Notes: generated by a model from the letters alone, not told the origin. A DNA stretch of 64,000 nt from Pseudobdellovibrionaceae bacterium (GCA_044359815.1 JBIKLL010000005.1:1-64000); one strand, 5' to 3'. Shown: positions 29,275 through 38,467, counted from the stretch's first letter. Made by a program: numbers and translations.

Positions 29275-31611
29275 ATGGCAGGACGTACGCGCAGTTTAAA
29301 TCAATCAGGTTCGGTGTTAATTCTGACAATGGTGATTGCAGGGTTGATGTCCTTTATTGTATTTTCGATGCTGAATGTGCGTAATCATCATTTAAAACAA
29401 ATGAGCTCGATCAAACAAAAGCTGGCGGCGCACTTGATTATGGAAGCCGTTGGTCAGCGAATGAAATCAGCTTACGATATGTATTTGCCCTATGAAGACG
29501 GCACGACTCCACCAGCTGATGCTTGTTATGGTGGTGAATGGCATAATATCACCTTTTTCAAAAGCGATGTCACAGCCGTGCAAGAATCTGCGTATTTTTG
29601 CTTTCCTAAAAACGGCGAAATCTGCGTGCAAAATCCTTTTAATCAAAATGACACTGAAGCTTGTTTCAGTTTACAGAATTTTCAAAACAGTGGTGTGGCC
29701 CAGGTTGAAGGCTTAAGCGAAAATCAAATCGCAAAAACTAATTTGCTAAGGCCAAACATTGATGTGGCAAAATCTTGGAACATCAGTTCTGAACAATTAC
29801 AAAAATGGCAGACAGCAAAGCTTCCCGTATTTTTGCAAATGGGTGCTGGCAATAAAGCTCATGCCGACATTGGCGGGATGTTTTCATTAGGTGATATTAA
29901 TTTCTCTAATATTGTGTCTTCAATCTTTGGTAATTCTAGCAATCAATCAAATAATCAGTCAGATGATCAAAATAATTCTGGCCAAAACGAACCAGCCAGT
30001 GCCAATGGTGTGGCGAACACCAGCGCTATGGCTGATAAAGTTATAGGTAGCGGCCGAGCAGATGATGGATCCACTGGTATAGGAATGGCCGGTGCTGGTG
30101 GAGTAGGAATCAGTGCAACCAGAGCAGATGCCAACCTGGGCAGTAGAAACAAACATATAGAAGGCGACGGCGCAGTAGTAATCAATCCTAATAATGGAGC
30201 AAATTCTATTGGTGGGATCAATCCCGGCGGTACAGTTACTGGTGCTGGTCAAAATAATTCCGGACTGTTGGGGTCAGGAACTGGATCGCAAACAGGTTTT
30301 GGCAATGGAGTTGGCAACGGCTCACATACAGGAATCGGCAGTGGATCGCAGAGTGGTATTGGGGCTGGGGCAATCAACGGTTCGGGTGTCGGAGTTGGTA
30401 CCGGATCGACAATTGGATCAGTGATCAAGATTAAAAATAAAAATAAAAACCCTGGCATTGACACTCCACAACCTTGGTTGGCGACGCCCACTAACGCGCC
30501 AGAAATTGCAAACACGGCGGAAGTTTCGAAAGAAAACATCGACATGACTTGCGATGGGATGAATAAATGTGTCAAGTTCACAGCGTGTTTATCGAAAAAC
30601 TGTGACAATGCAAAACAGGTATCACAATTATTTGCATTCAAATCACCCAGATCCAAAACTGTTTTTCCAACAGCGAAAAGCACTCTGACCAAATCCGTTG
30701 ATCCAACCGATGAATTGTGTTGGTCGGCTCCTGAATCAGAACAGTTAGGCGTAAAGTGCACTTTAACTGGTCCTTGCACAACCGAAGGTGCTGAAGGCGG
30801 CGAATGCACAGGCGGCATCTATACGGAATTTAGAGATATAGAAACTCATAGGATGAACGCAAGGGATATTCGGGGAGCAGATAGAGGTGGCCAACCGCCA
30901 ACTCAGAATCATATTCAAAGAATTGTTGTTCTTGAAAAGACAGGCAGTTTCAGTTTAGGCAAAGCCCAATGTGTGCGAAAAGCAGTTGGTTCCTGCAGTG
31001 GCGAAGTATTGAGTTGCGAGGACAAAGTCATCACGGCAGCAATTCCTGGGAAAAGCTGCCATGCAACCCGCACGAACGAGCCCTGCAGCGTTGATGTTGA
31101 TTTGGCAACATTGAAAGAGTTTGAAGGATTGGATTTTAGCCATGAAAAAGAAATCATCGTAAACGCAAAGACCTACATTAACCGTGTAACCACACCTGCT
31201 TGTGCGATAGACCGATCTTTGACAATAGACTACGGAAAAGAAAGTGCAAATATATCTGAAGGTGGCAAGAAATCTCTAAATACCGAAGCAACAATTAAAG
31301 GTACAAAATTAACAGTCCGAGATTACCCCATGGGTTGGGGTGGGGCTCGAGGCCGTGGATGCGTCAACAGCCTAAAGGTCACTGTAAAACTCAGAAACAA
31401 TTCGGCAAACTGTGTAGCTAAACGTGAAGAGCAAGAAGCCAAAATCGCTGAAAAAGCTTTAGCCAGTGAAGGTTGTTTAGCAGACGGTTCCGGTAAACCT
31501 TTCCAGGGCAGATTAACTGCATCGCAAAGAATGGTTTTATTTAAAGGGAGTGCTTTTGGAAATGCAAATTTAGGAACTTCTGTCGGAAATACCGGTACTT
31601 TGTGCCACTAA
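29275..31611 (+). CDS. Large pilin-like (PilX-type N-terminus), Gly-rich and Cys-rich surface protein
   Basis: NQSG|SVLILTMVIAGLMS prepilin-like leader; G/N/S-rich linker; Cys-rich C-terminal half. Confidence 0.65.
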   Translation: MAGRTRSLNQSGSVLILTMVIAGLMSFIVFSMLNVRNHHLKQMSSIKQKLAAHLIMEAVGQRMKSAYDMYLPYEDGTTPPADACYGGEWHNITFFKSDVTAVQESAYFCFPKNGEICVQNPFNQNDTEACFSLQNFQNSGVAQVEGLSENQIAKTNLLRPNIDVAKSWNISSEQLQKWQTAKLPVFLQMGAGNKAHADIGGMFSLGDINFSNIVSSIFGNSSNQSNNQSDDQNNSGQNEPASANGVANTSAMADKVIGSGRADDGSTGIGMAGAGGVGISATRADANLGSRNKHIEGDGAVVINPNNGANSIGGINPGGTVTGAGQNNSGLLGSGTGSQTGFGNGVGNGSHTGIGSGSQSGIGAGAINGSGVGVGTGSTIGSVIKIKNKNKNPGIDTPQPWLATPTNAPEIANTAEVSKENIDMTCDGMNKCVKFTACLSKNCDNAKQVSQLFAFKSPRSKTVFPTAKSTLTKSVDPTDELCWSAPESEQLGVKCTLTGPCTTEGAEGGECTGGIYTEFRDIETHRMNARDIRGADRGGQPPTQNHIQRIVVLEKTGSFSLGKAQCVRKAVGSCSGEVLSCEDKVITAAIPGKSCHATRTNEPCSVDVDLATLKEFEGLDFSHEKEIIVNAKTYINRVTTPACAIDRSLTIDYGKESANISEGGKKSLNTEATIKGTKLTVRDYPMGWGGARGRGCVNSLKVTVKLRNNSANCVAKREEQEAKIAEKALASEGCLADGSGKPFQGRLTASQRMVLFKGSAFGNANLGTSVGNTGTLCH

Positions 31612-31735
31612 CCAAATTCGTACAGTCATCTTATATCATGCGTGCGACTTGAACTAGCTACAACCCAAAATAAAAATTAATAAACACTAATTTGACCGAG
31701 CTGCTTTTCTAAAAAATTTTAAATTTACAGAATTA

Positions 31736-31823
31736 AAAACAATTTCGGACGTTAAGCTGCGAGGATGAATTACATTATTCAATTACATCCTTCAGGCGCA
31801 GCTTAGCGCCCGCTGTTCGAGTT
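31736..31823. repeat. Family C palindromic element core, diverged solo copy C3
   Basis: TTCGGACGTTAAGCTGCGAGGATG...GCGCAGCTTAGCGCCCGCTGTTCGAGTT matches the cores at 36.6 and 37.6 kb; abuts the htpX stop. Confidence 0.8.
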
Positions 31824-32719
31824 CAGATTTGACCTTTCAGTCTGGCAATTCTCACATCCAAATCGGGGTGGGTTGAAAACAGCTGCAAAAATTTGTTAGG
31901 CTTGCCAGAAATTTTTAATGATGCAATCGCTGGTTGATCATCCTGAACCGCCATCGCTGGATGGTAATTCAGTTTCAGTTTTTCCAGTGCCGCAATCATT
32001 GCTGGTTTGCCTGCCAAATCTGCTCCGCCTTGGTCAGCCCGAAATTCGCGTCTGCGCGAAAATCCCGCAACCACTATCATACCCAAAATTCCTAAAACAA
32101 TTTCCAGTCCAATCACGACTGCAAACTGCACCATGGGACGCTTTTGTTCATCAACCAATTGGCTGACAAAAAATCCAGCCACTCTGGCTAAAAACATCAC
32201 AAAGGCATTCACAATCCCTTGAACCAAAGTCATCGTTACCATGTCACCGTTTGCAATGTGGGCAACTTCGTGGGCCAACACGCCTTCGACTTCGGCATGG
32301 TTCATCCGCTCTAGCAATCCAGTTGATACTGCAACCAATGATCTGTTTTTGGTAGGCCCTGTGGCAAATGCATTGATGTCTGGGCTTTCATATATACCGA
32401 CTTCGGGCATGACCGTTAATCCAGCTTTTTGCGACAACTGATACACTCGACGAACCAGCTCAGCATGACGTGACGAATGGTCGTCAGGCGAAATTATTTT
32501 TACGCCCATCATCCATTTTGCCATGACCTTGGATAAAGCCAGCGAAATAAAGGCTCCACCAAAACCCCACAGCAAACAGAACACCATCAGTGATTGGTAA
32601 TTTAAACCCTGCGCGTTCAGGTAGGGTTGAATCCCCAACACCGACATCACGATGGTCATTGTGGCCACAATCAAAATATTGACGGCCATGAACAAGAAAA
32701 CTCTTTTTGCTATTTTCAT
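31823..32719 (-). CDS. htpX: Zinc metalloprotease HtpX
   Basis: NAFATG, AHEVAHIANGDMVT, FSRRREFRAD and STHP motifs. Confidence 0.96.
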   Translation of the reverse strand: MKIAKRVFLFMAVNILIVATMTIVMSVLGIQPYLNAQGLNYQSLMVFCLLWGFGGAFISLALSKVMAKWMMGVKIISPDDHSSRHAELVRRVYQLSQKAGLTVMPEVGIYESPDINAFATGPTKNRSLVAVSTGLLERMNHAEVEGVLAHEVAHIANGDMVTMTLVQGIVNAFVMFLARVAGFFVSQLVDEQKRPMVQFAVVIGLEIVLGILGMIVVAGFSRRREFRADQGGADLAGKPAMIAALEKLKLNYHPAMAVQDDQPAIASLKISGKPNKFLQLFSTHPDLDVRIARLKGQI

Positions 32720-33783
32720 GTTAATTCTCCTTTTTTATCTGTTTTTATTCCATTTGGACTTTGACCAGTGGCTGCTTTGGTTTTTCTGTAATCCCTGATC
32801 AGCGAAGCCACAACGCTGCTGCCAATAAAGAACGTGATGATTGTCAGTGACCATCCAATCGGAAATTTGCCACCGAACAGTTCATTCAGGTAAGTCATTT
32901 TTAATCCCACAAATATCAACACAAATGCCAAACCATATTTGATGTAAATAAATTTATCCATCACCCCTGCCAACATAAAATACATGCTTCGCAGACCCAG
33001 GATGGCAAAGATATTTGAGGTAAACACAATCAATGGCTCCTTGGTCAGCGCAAAAATGGCCGGCACAGAATCTACCGCAAAGATAATGTCGGTGAATTCC
33101 ATAAACACTAAAGCCACAAATAGTGGAGTTGCAACCAGGGCGCCGTTTTTGCGTGTAAAAAACTTTTGCCCATCCAGCTTGTCACTGACAGGAATGAATT
33201 TTTTAATAAATTTCAGTAAAGCATTTTGATCTAAGCTTTTTTGTTCGGTGCCAGCAAAAAACATTTTTACACCAGTCAGGATCAACAGACCGCCAAAAAA
33301 CACCACGACCCATTTGTATTCCATCAACACTGAACCCAGGGCGATAAAAATCCCTCTAAAAACCAGGGCTCCTAAAATACCCCAGAATAAAATCCTGTGT
33401 TGGTACATTTTTGGTATAGCAAAATACGAAAACACAACGGCAAAAACAAAAATGTTATCCACCGCCAATGATTTTTCGATCACATATCCAGTTAAAAATT
33501 CTAGGGCTGTGGATCTGGCCTGGTGAGCAGGGTCAAAACCAGGGATGGATGTGTATGTAGGATCTGTCGCAAATTTCCAACTGGAATAATAATACAGAAA
33601 AATATTAAAAACCGCTGCCAAGCCAATCCATACTGTGGTCCAAATCGAAGCTTCTTTGAAAGAAACCTCGTGAGCTTTTTTGTGAAACACACCTAAATCC
33701 AACAGCAACAGCAATAGGACTAGTCCCAAAAAGCCTGCATAAAACCACCAGTAATCAGCGAACGGAAACAGCAACATCTTCAA
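32716..33783 (-). CDS. TerC/Alx-family membrane protein
   Basis: EKSLAVDNIFVF, DIIFAVDSVPAI and SNIFAILGLRSMYF motifs; start may be the ATG at 33777. Confidence 0.94.
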   Translation of the reverse strand: MKMLLFPFADYWWFYAGFLGLVLLLLLLDLGVFHKKAHEVSFKEASIWTTVWIGLAAVFNIFLYYYSSWKFATDPTYTSIPGFDPAHQARSTALEFLTGYVIEKSLAVDNIFVFAVVFSYFAIPKMYQHRILFWGILGALVFRGIFIALGSVLMEYKWVVVFFGGLLILTGVKMFFAGTEQKSLDQNALLKFIKKFIPVSDKLDGQKFFTRKNGALVATPLFVALVFMEFTDIIFAVDSVPAIFALTKEPLIVFTSNIFAILGLRSMYFMLAGVMDKFIYIKYGLAFVLIFVGLKMTYLNELFGGKFPIGWSLTIITFFIGSSVVASLIRDYRKTKAATGQSPNGIKTDKKGELT

Positions 33784-33845
33784 CTCCAGTCATGTGTTAG
33801 TAATATTTAAACCTTGTCATGCGACTATTATCGGTGATTTAATTG

Positions 33846-33862
33846 TATCGCACAAATCGATA
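33846..33862. promoter_or_regulatory. Putative LysR binding box
   Basis: TATCG-N7-CGATA dyad (T-N11-A) between the divergent terC and lysR genes. Confidence 0.6.
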
Positions 33863-33978
33863 AAAATATTGTTTTGTATATCTTAATACAATACATTAAA
33901 TCGATTGCAGTCTGCATAACTTAGTTCTGGTTAATATATGCGCTTTAAGACGAAAAACGAACAAAAAAAGGATGAAAA

Positions 33979-34908
33979 ATGAACCAAGTTAAAAACCAAA
34001 CTCAAGCAAACCAATCAGTGCCATTGGGTAAATGGATCAATTATCATCATCTGTATTATTTTAAAATCATCGCTGAGGAAGGCACAGTGTCCAAGGCTGC
34101 CGAAAGACTTCGCATTGGACAGCCTACATTGAGTGCACAATTGATGCAGTTTGAGGATTCTTTGGACGTAAAGCTATTTGAGAGGCAGCACAAAAAATTG
34201 ATTTTGACCGAGCAGGGTAAAATTGCTTTGGATTACGCCAAAAATATTTTTCGCATGGGCTCGGAAATGTACGAGGTTTTACACGACAGGTTAAAGCCGC
34301 TCAAACCAACACTGCATATGGGAGCATTGGACAGTGTGCCCAAACAAGTGGTTTTACAAATGGCAAAGGCCGCTTTAAAAATTTCGCCCTGCCAAATCAC
34401 TTTGCTTGAGGGGCGCCCTGATGAACTGCTTCGAGAACTTTCGGCGCATAGAATAGATTTAGTGTTAACTAATTTTCTGCCAACAGGTCCTGACGCAAAA
34501 GGGATTTATTCAAAGCTGATCAGCAAAAGCAATATTGGTTTTTACGGTGCTACTAAATATAAATATCTGCGCAAGGATTTTCCGAAATCAATTTCTGCTC
34601 AACCCATAGTTACTCCGACCTATGACAGTAAACTGCGATACGATCTGGATCATTGGGCCAAGGTCCATGAAATCGAACTAAACATTGTTATTGAAAGCCA
34701 AGACATCGCTGTCAAAAAATTAGTCGCAGTAAACGAAATAGCTTTGATACCAACGGCCAGTCATTCAATCACCCACCAAGTATTAAATGGTGAATTGTGT
34801 GAAATCGGAATCCTTAAAGGTGTTTACGAAGAACTGCACCTGTTGAGTGCCAATCGTAAAATCCCAAATCCGATCGCTCAAAAAATCTTCGACAGTTTTT
34901 CAATATAG
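33979..34908 (+). CDS. LysR-family regulator, NhaR-like
   Basis: INYHHLYYF..IAEEGTVSKAA..L...QPTLS HTH, resembling the NhaR subfamily. Confidence 0.9.
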   Translation: MNQVKNQTQANQSVPLGKWINYHHLYYFKIIAEEGTVSKAAERLRIGQPTLSAQLMQFEDSLDVKLFERQHKKLILTEQGKIALDYAKNIFRMGSEMYEVLHDRLKPLKPTLHMGALDSVPKQVVLQMAKAALKISPCQITLLEGRPDELLRELSAHRIDLVLTNFLPTGPDAKGIYSKLISKSNIGFYGATKYKYLRKDFPKSISAQPIVTPTYDSKLRYDLDHWAKVHEIELNIVIESQDIAVKKLVAVNEIALIPTASHSITHQVLNGELCEIGILKGVYEELHLLSANRKIPNPIAQKIFDSFSI

Positions 34909-35006
34909 GTTTAAACAATACATATATATTTATTTATCTATTTTATAAATCCAAGGTAAAGCCGTAATCTATCTTTGAGAGCAACAAACAAACCCGGGAG
35001 GCGACT

Positions 35007-36059
35007 GTGTTGAGTTCAAAGAGATTATCCCTGAAATCTATCATCAGTTCAGAAGACGGCGTTCACCTGACTGTCTATATCAAAAAAAATGAAAATCTGA
35101 AGGACTGCCGTAGGCAATTTAAAGACGCTATCGAGATGGCCACCGAATACCTGATGCCCGTTATGTCCCCAGAAGACAGACATAAATTTTTAGCTCCATT
35201 GGTAAAGCTGTCCAAAGACAATCAGTTGCTGGCCAAATTTAGTGGTAACGTCGGGATTTTCAGGACACAAGAATCATTTAGAGTCTTGAATTTACCAGTC
35301 GAGCTGGAGTCCATGTGCACCGTCGCGACCAGCTTTCATGTAAAACCATTACTGAAATGGCTTCAGACAGACCGAGAATATTTGCTCTTGGGTGTAGAAG
35401 ACAAACTGATCACGCTTTACCATGGCACGCTTCAGTCGCTAGAGCTTGTTGATTCGCTTTTTACAGACAAGGTTGAGCATTTAAATGAATGGCTCAAGGA
35501 TCTGACAAAATCCAATAAACCCAGACTGTACATTGCTGGAGATCCTCAACTGGTAAAACCCCTTTTGAAAGGGATGAAGTATTCAAATCTGGAAAGAACT
35601 TCGGTACGAGATTATTTCAATCGGGAAACAGTTGGACTTATCACAACAGAAATCAAAGAGGACATTCGCAAAGATGCCCGCGATCATCTGGAGCGCTCAA
35701 TCATGGAATTTTATTGGGCCGAGGATTTGAATTTAGCCAAAAAAAATATTTTTCAGATTGGCAAAGCCGCTATCAAAGGCACCATCAAAAAACTGATTGT
35801 GGCAGAAGGCATAAATATTTTTGGCAAGCTGGATAAAAAAACAGGTGGGATGAGCATCCATCCTGTCGACATGGATCACGAGGACGACGATCTGTTGGAT
35901 GATTTGGCACAAGCCGTGATTGCTCAAGGTGGCGAAGTCATCGTAGCGCCTCGCGAACAAATACCCAAAGGCAGACCTTTGTTGGCGATATTGAAAGATG
36001 ATCAAGAAGACAGTCTTGAGGCCTACAGCAACGCATTTGAAATGACCAAAATTGTATAA
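35007..36059 (+). CDS. Bacterial aeRF1-like (baeRF3-type) protein; possible Balon-like hibernation factor
   Basis: LTVYI, GIFR, SFHVKPLL and C-terminal DDLLDDLAQAVIAQGGEVIV...IP...LAIL motifs; no GGQ. Confidence 0.75.
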   Translation: MLSSKRLSLKSIISSEDGVHLTVYIKKNENLKDCRRQFKDAIEMATEYLMPVMSPEDRHKFLAPLVKLSKDNQLLAKFSGNVGIFRTQESFRVLNLPVELESMCTVATSFHVKPLLKWLQTDREYLLLGVEDKLITLYHGTLQSLELVDSLFTDKVEHLNEWLKDLTKSNKPRLYIAGDPQLVKPLLKGMKYSNLERTSVRDYFNRETVGLITTEIKEDIRKDARDHLERSIMEFYWAEDLNLAKKNIFQIGKAAIKGTIKKLIVAEGINIFGKLDKKTGGMSIHPVDMDHEDDDLLDDLAQAVIAQGGEVIVAPREQIPKGRPLLAILKDDQEDSLEAYSNAFEMTKIV

Positions 36060-36071
36060 GGAGATTACAAT

Positions 36072-36437
36072 ATGAAAATCAGATTCAAAAATTTGCATAG
36101 ATCAGAACTGGCAAAGGACGTTGTGACCGAGCGGATGTCGCTGGTGTTTTTAAGATTTCCTGAACTGCTACCTGAAAGCACCTCGGTGACATTAAGCATG
36201 GAGAATTCACCGGTAAAGGCTGGGCCAGATTTATTTACGGTCAAGTTTTTATGTATGGGCGGTAAATACAAAGGCGTCATCATGAACAAATCGGCGCCGA
36301 CTTTGTATCAGGCTCTGGCGGATTTGGTTGAACATTTACTGGAAAGATTAAATCGCTTTGGGGATAAAAAGCGGATTAAAAATCTGCGCGAGGCTCGACG
36401 CCCCAAATTTAAGCTGGAACCTGCAAACCCTGATTAG
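36072..36437 (+). CDS. HPF/RaiA-family ribosome-associated protein
   Basis: MKIRFKNLHRSE N-terminus; LYQALADLVEHLLERLNR helix; beta-alpha-beta-beta-beta-alpha pattern. Confidence 0.75.
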   Translation: MKIRFKNLHRSELAKDVVTERMSLVFLRFPELLPESTSVTLSMENSPVKAGPDLFTVKFLCMGGKYKGVIMNKSAPTLYQALADLVEHLLERLNRFGDKKRIKNLREARRPKFKLEPANPD

Positions 36438-36463
36438 CAAAAACCAGAATCCAAAATAAAAAC

Positions 36464-36491
36464 AGCGCCCAGCTTCCCTGGCTGGCGCTTT
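36464..36491 (+). terminator. Putative hairpin terminator
   Basis: AGCGCCCAGC-loop-GCTGGCGCTTT after the HPF-like gene. Confidence 0.5.
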
Positions 36492-36505
36492 AAAAAGAGA
36501 CCGTT

Positions 36506-36801
36506 AAAAGAGACCGTACGACTTTTTCTGTCTACAGCGCATGACAAACGGTTATTAAAATTTAAATGCCATAGTGCTTTTTATAAAAAAATCTAAATTG
36601 GTAATTTTAAAAACGAGTTCGGACGGGAAGCTGCGCGGATGATTTAAATGCATTCAGTACTTAAATGCGCGCAGCTTTGCGCCCGCTGTTTGAGTTTTTG
36701 AAACTGCCAATTTAGATTTTTTTATAAAAAGCATTATGGCATTTCTAGAATGTTGCTTTTCACATTGCGGTGTAGACAGAAAAAGTCGTACGGTCTCTTT
36801 T
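36506..36801. repeat. Family B element, copy B3, carrying a family C element (36564..36744)
   Basis: Same TIR; partial terminus duplication at ~36493-36504; long internal palindrome. Confidence 0.92.
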
Positions 36802-36950
36802 AAACGATTTAGATTTTTCATATAAAAAGCATTATGGCGCTTCTGGATTGTTGCTTTTCACATTGCGCTATAGATAGAAAAAGTTTCTTTTTCGTTGAGT
36901 CCTTGTCTAAAGGGTTATCATGCACTAAGGTTACATTTTTGGAGGTAAAT

Positions 36951-37406
36951 ATGAGATTAAGTTTATTGTTGGCTTCGGTAACTTTGATGCTTGCTGCTTT
37001 GAATGTGCAGGCTGCTAATTCGGTCAGTTATAACAGCTATGAAGAGGTAGAAAAGGCTTTTGATTCTATTCACCCACTTGATGTGGTCAAACTCACTGAT
37101 AGAACTTTTCTAAAGGGTAATTGCTATTGGTCTGAAGATCCATCAGCTAAAATTCCTGCGGGCTTAGGTTTTTTTGAACTTAAAATTGCATTGGTCAAGC
37201 AACTTTCTGCAGATATAAATAGCTTCGTTGGATTTTACGACAGACATTCAAACAGGTTTATAGAATTGTCCCGCAATCCATTATCTGGAGATTTGAACGC
37301 AGACTATGTAACTGAAATCTATTCAATCCGGCAAAGGGGTCAAACTGTTTTTGCTTATAGCAGCGTAGACCGTAGTGCCGGATCCTTTTTATGTGTGTAC
37401 CAATAA
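36951..37406 (+). CDS. Small secreted hypothetical protein
   Basis: Start refined to MRLSLLL (RBS GGAGG); signal peptide ending VQA; flanked by B3 and B4. Confidence 0.75.
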   Translation: MRLSLLLASVTLMLAALNVQAANSVSYNSYEEVEKAFDSIHPLDVVKLTDRTFLKGNCYWSEDPSAKIPAGLGFFELKIALVKQLSADINSFVGFYDRHSNRFIELSRNPLSGDLNADYVTEIYSIRQRGQTVFAYSSVDRSAGSFLCVYQ

Positions 37407-37781
37407 AAAGAGACCGTACGACTTTTTCTGTCTACAGCGCAGGATAAAAAATGAAACCGACTTGGATGTCTACAGCGGACGGTGAAAGTGCACCGTCAAA
37501 CAGCAAGACCCTATAGCCATTTATAAAAAAATCCAAATCCATGTTTTTAAAAACGAGTTCGGACGTGAAGCTGCGCGGATGATTTAAATGCATTCAGTAC
37601 TTAAATGCGCGCAGCTTTGCGCCCGCTGTTTGAGTTTTTAAGAATACGGATTTGGATTTTTTTATAAATGGCTATAGGTATGGCCGGGGCTTTAGAACTT
37701 TACAAAACTCAGAAAAAAGAGAGGCAAGCCTCTCTTTTTATCATGCGGTGTAGACAGAAAAAGTCGTACGGTCTCTTTTTA
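37404..37781. repeat. Family B element, copy B4, carrying a family C element (37510..37678)
   Basis: Same TIR extended to TAAAAAGAGACC...GGTCTCTTTTTA; also contains the hairpin AAAAAGAGAGGC-AA-GCCTCTCTTTTT. Confidence 0.92.
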
Positions 37782-38240
37782 CTTTAGTAGTTCTTTGGCT
37801 TCTGATTGAAGGCCGCGGATCCAAGCTAATGCCACAGTGGATTTTGAAAGATCTTTTTTAGCCCAAGCGATTTCTCGGATTTTGACAGCAAAATCTAACT
37901 TTTCGCCCAGTGCGCTCATTACTGAAACTCTGTCGCCAGTGCTGGATTCGGAATTAGGATTCAGCATAGAAGCTTCAACCTGTAAATTGTCGATAGTTTT
38001 AATAGCTTGATCCATTTCTTGAATCTGCATCATAAAGATTTGCTTAATGTCAGATGGCTTCAGCTGATTTGCAGCCTGTGAGGCACTGTGGTTGCTGGTT
38101 GTGATGATATCGTACCTTTCAATGGACTGGGTGATCAGTTGATCGCGCACTTGATCGGCATTGGCGTAGGTCACAGCGATTGTGATTACAGTAAACAGTG
38201 TCCAGAACAGTTGTTTTTGCTTCCAGTAGCTCATGGTCAT
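37779..38240 (-). CDS. Small secreted helical hypothetical protein
   Basis: RBS AAGGA; signal peptide ending ANA. Confidence 0.7.
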   Translation of the reverse strand: MTMSYWKQKQLFWTLFTVITIAVTYANADQVRDQLITQSIERYDIITTSNHSASQAANQLKPSDIKQIFMMQIQEMDQAIKTIDNLQVEASMLNPNSESSTGDRVSVMSALGEKLDFAVKIREIAWAKKDLSKSTVALAWIRGLQSEAKELLK

Positions 38241-38467
38241 CCTTTGGTTAAAAGTATCTATACATTTGGGTATTACAAAAACTCTGCCAATGCCGGTGAC
38301 ATGGTTTTTGTATTAATGCGATCTAGGAACAATATTTTTTGATAGGACGCCGTTAAAACCGAGCTTAGACCTGATAGGGACGCAAATTGTAAGCCCCTGT
38401 CACGGGTCTAGACAAAATTGAAAGTAATCCCTGTACAGAAAACTGACAGGGGCAGAAGTTCTCGGGT

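Noticed and set aside
33784..33978. yybP-ykoY riboswitch upstream of terC
   Set aside because: The region is short and AT-rich and I could not find the conserved motif; it looks like a LysR divergent promoter.
36834..36950. N-terminal extension of the 36834 ORF; also short ORFs at 25126 and 26379
   Set aside because: They run through repeat-element sequence; a better RBS and signal peptide start at 36951.
25069..37781. Family B repeats as a CRISPR array
   Set aside because: Repeats are inverted pairs kilobases apart, not direct repeats with uniform spacers; no cas genes are present.
25069..37781. Family B elements as integron attC sites
   Set aside because: No RYYYAAC/GTTRRRY boxes at the ends, flanking genes are convergent, and there is no integrase in the window.
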